Source: Gammaproteobacteria bacterium
GTDB lineage: Bacteria > Pseudomonadota > Gammaproteobacteria > UBA4575
Direction of reading: 5' to 3'
DNA length: 64,000 nt
NCBI GenBank assembly: GCA_965222615.1
Contig: CBDCUI010000008.1
Span: 384,001 to 448,000 of the forward strand
The position numbers and the translations under genes were made by a program. Below are positions 52,957 through 60,656 of this stretch, piece by piece. Under the pieces are notes generated by a model. That model saw nothing but the letters and a program-made list of their open reading frames with translations. It made no database searches and was not told the DNA's origin. Within the stretch, counting starts at the first letter, position 1; every line of letters starts with the position of its first letter.

Positions 52957-53169
52957 ATGAATACTGGTTATATTATTGGTCGCATAGTTGGTTTATTTAT
53001 TTTTCCTTTAATAGTTATGGGAATAATAGGTTTATTTCAATATGTGCGAACTAAAGATAAACAGCTTGCTAAGCGAACCATGTTTTCATGGTGGTCAATA
53101 GGATTGGGTATTGTGTTGCTAGTACTTGGGGTAATTGGCCAGATGGCAAATAATGTTGGGGAATTGTAG
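52957..53169 (+). CDS. Small 2-TM membrane protein
   Basis: 70 aa with two hydrophobic helices; 8 bp after the previous gene. Confidence 0.7.
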   Translation: MNTGYIIGRIVGLFIFPLIVMGIIGLFQYVRTKDKQLAKRTMFSWWSIGLGIVLLVLGVIGQMANNVGEL

Positions 53170-53213
53170 AAAGCATTTTGAAAAATTTATTTTATTAAGA
53201 TTATACGAAGATT

Positions 53214-53702
53214 ATGAAGGTTGATTTTCTAGAATCGCAATCAAACGTTGGTTATCTGAATATGCCTATTCCTATGGAACGAGATAATCAAATTGCAGAA
53301 GTAGTTGGAGCAATAGATTCAGTTGAAGATTTTGCGCGAGTTAATTCGACGATTGAGAATCAACACGACAAGGTTTTGCGTGTATTCGCTGAAAGAATGG
53401 CGATGCGAGCAGTGCGGGAAAACAACCCATCCTATATTAAGCTAGGTTTTCTCGCAGTTGTACTTAGTTGTAACTCTTATGAAGAACGTGAAGCACAACT
53501 GATCCTACCATTGCTTTCTAGAGCAGCAGAGTTAATAGATCTCAATCCCGATTCAATTACTGAGGAGGTCATTAGTTTAGTAGACGGAGAGGCTCAGCAG
53601 TTTTTGCAGTCTTTTTTATCACGTAAGGACAAGTCTATTGAGTCAATGGGGTACTGTGAAAAAATGGATGATGATGGGTTCAAGTTTGTACGGCAGTGGT
53701 GA
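53214..53702 (+). CDS. Hypothetical acidic helical protein; candidate toxin immunity protein
   Basis: 162 aa, no signal peptide; FAERMA..AVR and SIESMGY...DDGFKFVRQW motifs; directly upstream of the toxin gene. Confidence 0.55.
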   Translation: MKVDFLESQSNVGYLNMPIPMERDNQIAEVVGAIDSVEDFARVNSTIENQHDKVLRVFAERMAMRAVRENNPSYIKLGFLAVVLSCNSYEEREAQLILPLLSRAAELIDLNPDSITEEVISLVDGEAQQFLQSFLSRKDKSIESMGYCEKMDDDGFKFVRQW

Positions 53703-53724
53703 TCAATCAATAGTCAACAAAAAA

Positions 53725-55353
53725 ATGATTTTAGTTAAAAGCAAACATCGAAACCTAGGCACCGTCAGCGTTGAGTATTCATTGGTGATGGCGATTACAC
53801 TTACAATCGTAATTGCTGCAGCTCAAGCGATGAATCCAAATATGGAGAGTTTCTTTGAGGCCGCTGCGACTAAAATAGAAAACTTTCTTGGTGGTGGTAG
53901 TAGCAATGTTAATTCTACTCCAGATTTAGATACAGAAACCTATGACTATGAAGTTAAAGCCGCCGATGCCAGGGCGCTAGAGCAACAAAGATTAGAAGCG
54001 GCTCAAGGTGGACAAGACACTGGTGGGGGTGGTGGATTCTGGAGTAAAGCTTGGGGGGCTACCAAACAAGTTGGTGGTTTTTTCAAAGGTGTTGGTGAAC
54101 AAGGTTGGGATACCGTAGTAGGTCTTGGAACACTTGCCTACGATGTACAGAGATTAACAGGGCCTACAGCACTTATATACGAAGTTTTCGATCCGGAAGG
54201 CCAGGCTGCTCTTAGGAATAAATACGCTCAGGTAGGGCAGGCAATTTGGAATAATCCTGGAGATGTAGCCTATGCCATTGTCGAACCTATTGTTACCGAC
54301 TGGAAAAATGGTAACTATGGTGAAGCCATCGGCCGTGGTACTTTTGAAGTGGCTACTGCCATATTTACGCCTACCAAACTCGGCAAAGCCGGAAAGATCG
54401 GTGATGCGGTCGAAGACATTGCCGGTGCCGCCAATGCCGTAGATAACGTTGTTACCAAGGCGGATGACATCAGTGATGCGGGACAGGTTGCGGGTAAAGT
54501 TGACGATGTAGGTAGGCTGAATGTCGATGATCTTTTAGGTAATCCAGATGACATTGTAGTGCTTGGTCGCCAGCCAGATACTGCAGTGGCTAAAGACTGG
54601 CCTGGTCATGTAATTTTAGATGTTCCGGCAGATCAATGGTCTATCGCACTAAATGATGCGTTTATCGAAGCTGCCATTAAACAACGTCGACGTATATACA
54701 TTGGAAGTCCAACTACTCGCCCAAATCTATACGATGATGTTGCTGAACGTCCTACAGTATTTGGTCGCGAGATGGAGCAATTACGCAACGCGGGTTATCG
54801 GCAAGTTGGCGATTATATGGAACCTCCAGATACTGGGGGTGTTGCATCTAGAATTGATAATTCTTTAACGGATGAAGCTTTACCTACTGATCCGCCCTAT
54901 AACCCACGAGAAACAAGAGACGCATTAGAAGAGCGATATGGTGCTGAAAATGTAGAATCTACTACTGTTCCAAATGCTAACGCCAAGAATGTAGAGCTTG
55001 CTGGTCAAAGACATCCTGAAACGGGGATTGTGTTTGATCAACGTGGTTTTCCAATATTTGATGATGTAGCAAAGTACGATACTCGTCTGTCAGCTGATGA
55101 GTTTTCTTCTGCAAGTTATAGAGGTCAAATGCGTATGGCTACTCGCGAGCTTCGTGATGCGATTGATAATGGACAAATTCCTGCTTCTCAGTTTACTAAT
55201 GTGCAGTTGAGAGCAATTCGAGCAGGGAAAGATAAAATTCCAGGCTATACTTGGCACCATCACCAAGATATTGGAAGAATGCAACTAGTGCCTGAAGATA
55301 TTCATCGTAGAACTGGTCATATAGGTGGAGAAAGGATGGCTCAAGGAAACTAA
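53725..55353 (+). CDS. Polymorphic toxin: N-terminal Flp/Tad prepilin-like segment, pre-toxin helical region, unknown toxin-like domain, C-terminal WHH (HNH/EndoVII) nuclease
   Basis: Start taken as the ATG at 53725 (542 aa). KSKHRNLG|TVSVEYSLVMAITLTIVIAAA; HPETGIVFDQRGFPIF...YTWHHHQDIGRMQLVPEDIHRRTGHIGG; SMI1/KNR4 gene immediately downstream. Confidence 0.85.
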   Translation: MILVKSKHRNLGTVSVEYSLVMAITLTIVIAAAQAMNPNMESFFEAAATKIENFLGGGSSNVNSTPDLDTETYDYEVKAADARALEQQRLEAAQGGQDTGGGGGFWSKAWGATKQVGGFFKGVGEQGWDTVVGLGTLAYDVQRLTGPTALIYEVFDPEGQAALRNKYAQVGQAIWNNPGDVAYAIVEPIVTDWKNGNYGEAIGRGTFEVATAIFTPTKLGKAGKIGDAVEDIAGAANAVDNVVTKADDISDAGQVAGKVDDVGRLNVDDLLGNPDDIVVLGRQPDTAVAKDWPGHVILDVPADQWSIALNDAFIEAAIKQRRRIYIGSPTTRPNLYDDVAERPTVFGREMEQLRNAGYRQVGDYMEPPDTGGVASRIDNSLTDEALPTDPPYNPRETRDALEERYGAENVESTTVPNANAKNVELAGQRHPETGIVFDQRGFPIFDDVAKYDTRLSADEFSSASYRGQMRMATRELRDAIDNGQIPASQFTNVQLRAIRAGKDKIPGYTWHHHQDIGRMQLVPEDIHRRTGHIGGERMAQGN

Positions 55354-55354
55354 A

Positions 55355-55828
55355 TTGCGTGACGATATAATTTGGGATTCATATTACGGTGAAGGAGATA
55401 TTGGTCTAGTTCAAGACTTTGAAAAGAGTATCAATCAAGTATTACCTACCGAGTATAAAAAAATTGTTAGTAAATACAATGGTGCAGTTCCTGAGCCGGA
55501 TGCACTTAAGTTTTACAGTCGCCTTGTAAAAAAAGAAGTGGTTATTGGTGTTGGGGTATTTCTAGCTTACGGCAATATTGAGTCACCATCTGAAACCATG
55601 GAATGGAGCTACACGAATCGACCAGAAAACTTTCCTAAGAATTTTATTGCGTTTTCTCTTGTTGGAAATGGTGACATGATTTGTTTTGATTATAATGACG
55701 TGAGCCAAAATCAAGAACCGAAAATTGTGATATGGCATCATGAAGCAAGTCAACCTGAAGAGCTCTTTTCACCATTAGCGGATAATTTTTCTAAATTTCT
55801 GGATGTGATATTTTTTGAGGAGGATTAA
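55355..55828 (+). CDS. SMI1/KNR4 (SUKH) family immunity protein
   Basis: FEKSINQVLPTEYKKIVSKYNGA, GNGDMICFDY and EPKIVIWHHE...LADNFSKFL motifs; TTG at 55355 follows the toxin stop (the ORF is open from the GTG at 55325). Confidence 0.88.
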   Translation: MRDDIIWDSYYGEGDIGLVQDFEKSINQVLPTEYKKIVSKYNGAVPEPDALKFYSRLVKKEVVIGVGVFLAYGNIESPSETMEWSYTNRPENFPKNFIAFSLVGNGDMICFDYNDVSQNQEPKIVIWHHEASQPEELFSPLADNFSKFLDVIFFEED

Positions 55829-56107
55829 TCGGGAACTTCGTATCCAAAGGTAAAAAAACTTATGCGCTTTTTAAAGTGTTCAATGGGCTGACTACAGATG
55901 GAAATCTCGCATGTTATGCGGCTGCACCGTTAATCAATGAGGATTTCGATCTAAGCTATTATTTTGAATTGTAGTAGCTTGGTAGGTTATATGTGTTAAC
56001 TAATATGGTAGTACTAGTAGCCAGACGAGCATTAATGTCGAAAGACATCTGAGATAATAGGTTTAGTAAACGTAAATTGAGAGGGTAGGGTCTAAAGACC
56101 AGTCAAT

Positions 56108-56941
56108 TTATTCAAGTATTTTAAATTGAATAACAGATTTTTTGCCATCTCTTACGGGTTCCCCCATACACATCACACCATCAGAGATAAGAGTTTGTTC
56201 GTTTTTAGACACATGAATTTTTTGACCGTTATTAAATTTTATATATGTGCCATTGTAGCTTTCATCTTGAAGCAGGAATTTGCCTTCTTTACGTATAATT
56301 TTTGCATGTGCTCTAGAGACATATTTGCCTTGTACGATAATGTCACAGCTTGGGTCTCTGCCTACGTGGAAAACATCTTGTTCCTCAGATAGTACGTGTT
56401 TGTCACCTTTAAAGGATAGTTCAATGGTGGCTTTATTTTTTTTCTCCTTCTCCTTCTCCTTCTCCTTCTCCTTCTCTATTTCTAGAGGTGGTAAATTTTC
56501 TTTAGCTATAGGTTCAGCATCCAGTTGTTCAGGTTGTTTGGTTTCGATGGCATTTTTATTGGCATTCGTTTGTTTTTCCTTAGCATCAGAACTATCAGTA
56601 TCATCTGTTTGAGTAAGAATCTGAGATTCTAGGTCTTTTATAGAAGCATCGATTTGAGACGCTGGGCCTTTTTCTTCCTGAAGTGCTTCTTCCAGTTCTT
56701 GCACCTTGGATTCACTAATATCTAAAGAGGGTTGTACATCACTTAAAGTTGGCGGTATAGGGCGCTTTGAGGACTTAGAATTTTCCCCTGCAGCTTTTTC
56801 TTGTTCTGTATCAGTTTTTGCGATGCGACGATCTACAAGTCTGCGACGATTTTTTGTAACAAGGACCCCGTCACTATCAATAAAAGGATAGGTGACTTTT
56901 CTGCCCCACTTGCGTCGTTCACTATTTCTACGTTCAGCCAT
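56108..56941 (-). CDS. FHA domain protein with N-terminal Arg-rich (ERR..DRR) motif and acidic linker
   Basis: VGRDPSCDI...VSRAHA...DESYNGTYI FHA signature. Confidence 0.85.
   Translation of the reverse strand: MAERRNSERRKWGRKVTYPFIDSDGVLVTKNRRRLVDRRIAKTDTEQEKAAGENSKSSKRPIPPTLSDVQPSLDISESKVQELEEALQEEKGPASQIDASIKDLESQILTQTDDTDSSDAKEKQTNANKNAIETKQPEQLDAEPIAKENLPPLEIEKEKEKEKEKEKKNKATIELSFKGDKHVLSEEQDVFHVGRDPSCDIIVQGKYVSRAHAKIIRKEGKFLLQDESYNGTYIKFNNGQKIHVSKNEQTLISDGVMCMGEPVRDGKKSVIQFKILE
56442..56476. repeat. Hexanucleotide tandem repeat (TTCTCC)5+, in frame, encoding an EK tract
   Basis: TTCTCC x5 plus TTCTC; protein IEKEKEKEKEKEKK. Confidence 0.85.
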
Positions 56942-57122
56942 GGTGCTTTAAAGTATATAGAAAAGCTTACAAAGTATGCGGAATCGGCTAACAGTTTAAA
57001 TACCTTAAATTACACATATAGCCAGATGGTAGAAATCTACCGATAATGCGATATGCAGATGGCTATATTTTGAGAATTAACCATTCTGGAGTTTAGCAGT
57101 TTGAAGAATCTGGCGAATAGAG

Positions 57123-57623
57123 CTAAGGACAGAAATAGTGGATAAAATCTTTCTCTACGTACTCGATTGGGGTGCCTAGGCTTACAATGCCACTACCATG
57201 TAAGGTTAATTTTTCACCCATTAAAAATATTTCACCTTCGTCGTTTTTTATATAAGTACCGTTTGTACTGTGATCGGTAACCGTAAATTCTTCATTATCG
57301 TATTCAAATCTTGCATGTTGGCGAGATGTATAGCGGTTTTGAAAGACTAGCTCACAATTTGAAGCTCGACCAACGATTACAGAAGGGGAATCAATTAATA
57401 ACTCACACACGTCATCTTTGTACCAAAGAAATAAGCGCGATTTTGTTGTATCACTTTTCTCGCCACTATGAATTTCTATATTATTAATCCTGCGATCAGG
57501 TATTCGACGCCTATCTTCTCTGACTAAGGTTTGCTCACTATCAAAAAAAGGAAAAGCTGGGCTGTGCATCTGTGCACGGCGATCGCCATGTGTCCTACGT
57601 TCGATTCTTACTTGTGAGCTCAT
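57123..57623 (-). CDS. FHA domain protein, paralog of the neighbouring gene
   Basis: VGRASNCEL...TSRQHA...DHSTNGTYI; N-terminal ERR..DRR...PFFDS...DRR..DRR. Confidence 0.85.
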   Translation of the reverse strand: MSSQVRIERRTHGDRRAQMHSPAFPFFDSEQTLVREDRRRIPDRRINNIEIHSGEKSDTTKSRLFLWYKDDVCELLIDSPSVIVGRASNCELVFQNRYTSRQHARFEYDNEEFTVTDHSTNGTYIKNDEGEIFLMGEKLTLHGSGIVSLGTPIEYVEKDFIHYFCP

Positions 57624-57741
57624 ATTTGGTCCGCAATCGTGAACTGAATTTTATTGTTGGTATAGATAAATTATACAGACACACCACACTTCGTAAAGTA
57701 TACGAAGAGACGATTATTTGGTTGAATTATAGTTATGTGAT

Positions 57742-57905
57742 GATCAACAGTGACTGGGTAAGCTGGGGTGCCCAAATTTTGAACATTGCATACCCGTATG
57801 TAGTTAGACCTAGAAGTAGCCAAATGGCTAGTAACACTACAGGGGAAATGCGTTGTTCTACAAAACTCGGGATACCTACGCTCTCAACAAGCTGTGTCAT
57901 CGATC
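57742..57905 (-). ncRNA. Candidate structured RNA (long imperfect hairpin) upstream of the FHA genes
   Basis: Minus-strand nested stems GAUCGAU/GUUGAUC, CCCGAGUUUUG/CAAAAUUUGGG, GAACA/UGUUC, GCAU/AUGC, UGUAGU/ACUACA and UAGCCA/UGGCUA. Confidence 0.4.
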
Positions 57906-58170
57906 TTCCTCTAAAGCTGTATATTGTAAAAATATGTTAAGAATTTTAACACGTTAAACATTAACTTGGTATTAAAGAAAAGTGCATTTTCTGTTCATTG
58001 CTATGCTTTTAGAATAAGGTAAATATTAATAAAGTATGTGATTATGACGTTTGATCTTGCTAATGCGCTGAAAGAAATTCCAGTTCAAACTACAGAAACT
58101 AGATATAAATGTTATTATAACCCAAAGATATTATTAAATAATTTATACAATATTAGTTCCAGCTACAGCA

Positions 58171-59460
58171 ATGAAATGGATTAAAGATAATAAGGGAATA
58201 TTCGACTCTAAGCTTGCTGCAGCAACCTCTATCGATCCAACACAAATTAGCCTGGGCGCAATGCAAGTAATTTCTGTACTTCATAAAGCTGGGTTTCAAG
58301 CCTATCTAGTAGGCGGGAGTGTTAGAGATTTATTGCTAGATTTGCACCCAAAAGACTTTGATATTGCCACTGATGCTCATCCCGAAGATGTGCGTGGACT
58401 ATTTGAAAATAGTCGTATAATCGGTCGGCGTTTTCGTATCGTGCATGTTTATTTTCCTGAAGGCTATATTGAAGTTGCAACGTTTCGTGCATCAGATCGA
58501 GCAGATGTAAATCAATCGGGTCGTATTATCACTGACAACACCTATGGAAGTATCGAAGAAGATGCATTTCGACGGGATTTTACAGTGAATGCCTTATTCT
58601 ATGACTCCGATTCTAATCAAGTGCTGGACTTGGTTAATGGTAGGCAGGATATAGCAGCAAAGTTACTGCGTGTCATCGGTGATCCTGATTTACGTTTTCG
58701 TGAAGATCCTGTGCGAATGTTACGTGCAATAAGATTAGCTAATAAACTCGGTTTCAATATTGAGCAGCAAGCACAGGATGCGATATATCGTTTGGGTCAT
58801 CTGCTATCTGAAGTACCTTCAGCTCGTTTGTTTGATGAAATGCTTAAGTTATTTCATGGTGGTTTTGCAGTGCAGACATTTAATTCATTGCGTAAATTTA
58901 CGTTATTTCAATATATGTTCCCATTTACTGAAAAGATACTAAATGATAGTTCATCGGACACTTTCTCAAAACTTGTACAGTGCGCACTCCAAAATACTGA
59001 TGATCGTATTCATTCAGGAAAGTCTGTAACCCCTGCATTTTTATATGCTATTTTTTTATGGGGTCCAATGCGTAAGCTATCAAGACAATTAGAGTTAGAA
59101 GGTTTATCGCCTAAGGTTGCGCATGAAGCAGCAACAGAGGATACGATACTTTCGCAATTACAATATACTTCGATTCCCAAACGATTTGGATATCCGATGC
59201 GCGACATATGGAATCTTCAATATCGGTTTTATCGTAGACGAGGTAGACAGGTTTTTCGTCTATGCGAGCATCCACGTTTTCGTGCCGGGTACGACTTCTT
59301 ATGTCTGCGTGCTGCAGCAGGTGAACCAGTAGATGAATTATGTGAATGGTGGACAGTCTTTCAAGATGTAGATCAAGATACGCAAAGAAAAATGTCAAAA
59401 ACCGCAAAGAATAAAAACAGCAGAATGCAACATCGACCTAACAAGAAAACTTATCACTAG
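58171..59460 (+). CDS. pcnB: Poly(A) polymerase I
   Basis: LVGGSVRDLL...KDFDIAT, IIGRRFRIVHV PAP signature, RRDFTVNAL, HPRFRAGYDFL; upstream of folK. Confidence 0.95.
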   Translation: MKWIKDNKGIFDSKLAAATSIDPTQISLGAMQVISVLHKAGFQAYLVGGSVRDLLLDLHPKDFDIATDAHPEDVRGLFENSRIIGRRFRIVHVYFPEGYIEVATFRASDRADVNQSGRIITDNTYGSIEEDAFRRDFTVNALFYDSDSNQVLDLVNGRQDIAAKLLRVIGDPDLRFREDPVRMLRAIRLANKLGFNIEQQAQDAIYRLGHLLSEVPSARLFDEMLKLFHGGFAVQTFNSLRKFTLFQYMFPFTEKILNDSSSDTFSKLVQCALQNTDDRIHSGKSVTPAFLYAIFLWGPMRKLSRQLELEGLSPKVAHEAATEDTILSQLQYTSIPKRFGYPMRDIWNLQYRFYRRRGRQVFRLCEHPRFRAGYDFLCLRAAAGEPVDELCEWWTVFQDVDQDTQRKMSKTAKNKNSRMQHRPNKKTYH

Positions 59461-59491
59461 GTTATTGGTCAAATAATTGAATTAATAATAC

Positions 59492-59983
59492 ATGCAGGAG
59501 GTAGTTGCATATATTGGTTTTGGCAGCAACTTGCAAAATCCTAAATTGCAAATAGAGAAAGCCTTTGTTGAATTGCAAGAGTTAGATAGCACAAGGCTCT
59601 TAGTAACGTCTAGTCTGTACAAAACTAAACCAATGGGACCAACAGATCAGCCTGATTTTATTAATGCTGTAGCAAAAATTTTAACTTCATTGTCTCCAAA
59701 AGAATTATTAACAGAACTGCAAGAAATTGAGGCGCGGCACCGTCGCCAACGAGGCACTCAACGCTGGGGACCCAGAACCTTAGATTTGGATATTCTGCTC
59801 TATGGAAATCTACAAATGGATACTAAACAGCTGCGAATACCTCATTATGGTATTGCAGAACGTGAATTTGTATTAATCCCTTTACAAGAGATAGAAGCTG
59901 ACCTCATTATTCCAGGTAAAGGGATATTGAGCGAGCTGATTGAACAATTACCTCAGTATGAGATGATGAAAATTGAAACATAA
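59492..59983 (+). CDS. folK: 2-amino-4-hydroxy-6-hydroxymethyldihydropteridine pyrophosphokinase
   Basis: YIGFGSN, QPDFINAV and RWGPRTLDLDILL motifs. Confidence 0.96.
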   Translation: MQEVVAYIGFGSNLQNPKLQIEKAFVELQELDSTRLLVTSSLYKTKPMGPTDQPDFINAVAKILTSLSPKELLTELQEIEARHRRQRGTQRWGPRTLDLDILLYGNLQMDTKQLRIPHYGIAEREFVLIPLQEIEADLIIPGKGILSELIEQLPQYEMMKIET

Positions 59984-60634
59984 ATGTCGAGTCATAAGCT
60001 TAAATATATAGTGGTAGAAGGTCCAATTGGGGTAGGAAAAACTAGCCTTGCTCAACGTCTTGCAGATGAATTTGGTTCTTCATTGTTGTTGGAGCAAGTA
60101 GAAGAGAACCCCTTTCTTGAACGTTTTTACCAAAATCCACGAGAAGCCGCACTATCAACACAGTTATATTTTTTGTTGCGACGTACAAAACAACTGCAAG
60201 AATTTAAACAAGCCGATATATTTTCACCTGTAAAGGTTGCTGATTTTTTGATTGAAAAAGATCGTTTATTTGCGCAAGTTACGTTAAATGCAAGTGAATA
60301 TGAGTTATATGATCAAGTTTATTCACATCTAACGATCGATGCGCCTATACCTGATCTGGTGGTTTATTTGCAAGCACCTGTAGAAGTATTATTACAGCGC
60401 ATTCGCAAACGAGGTCGTGGATTTGAGCGCTTAATTGAATCGGCTTATTTGGAACAACTTAATGAAGCCTATGCAAGATTTTTTTATGATTATTCAGATG
60501 CACCGTGCTTGATTGTAAATGCGAGTGATATTGATTTTATTAATAACGAAAAAGATTACGAGCAGCTATTGCATGAAATTGTAAATACTGAAGCAGGGAA
60601 GCGTTACTTTAATCCACTGCCATTCGTAAGTTAA
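59984..60634 (+). CDS. Deoxynucleoside kinase
   Basis: VEGPIGVGKTSLA, NPFLERFY and PDLVVYLQA motifs. Confidence 0.9.
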   Translation: MSSHKLKYIVVEGPIGVGKTSLAQRLADEFGSSLLLEQVEENPFLERFYQNPREAALSTQLYFLLRRTKQLQEFKQADIFSPVKVADFLIEKDRLFAQVTLNASEYELYDQVYSHLTIDAPIPDLVVYLQAPVEVLLQRIRKRGRGFERLIESAYLEQLNEAYARFFYDYSDAPCLIVNASDIDFINNEKDYEQLLHEIVNTEAGKRYFNPLPFVS

Positions 60635-60656
60635 CGCACCTAATTAAAGCATTTTT

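Noticed and set aside
53638-53724. Longer N-terminus of the toxin ORF from the TTG at 53638
   Set aside because: It overlaps the upstream gene by 65 bp. The ATG at 53725 gives a typical short basic prepilin leader.
52078-56107. Integrase, att sites or direct repeats bounding the toxin island
   Set aside because: None found by eye, so the island cannot be called a mobile element from this sequence.
57572-57940. 122-aa plus-strand ORF
   Set aside because: It overlaps the FHA gene start on the opposite strand, has no recognisable motif or SD, and coincides with the candidate structured RNA.
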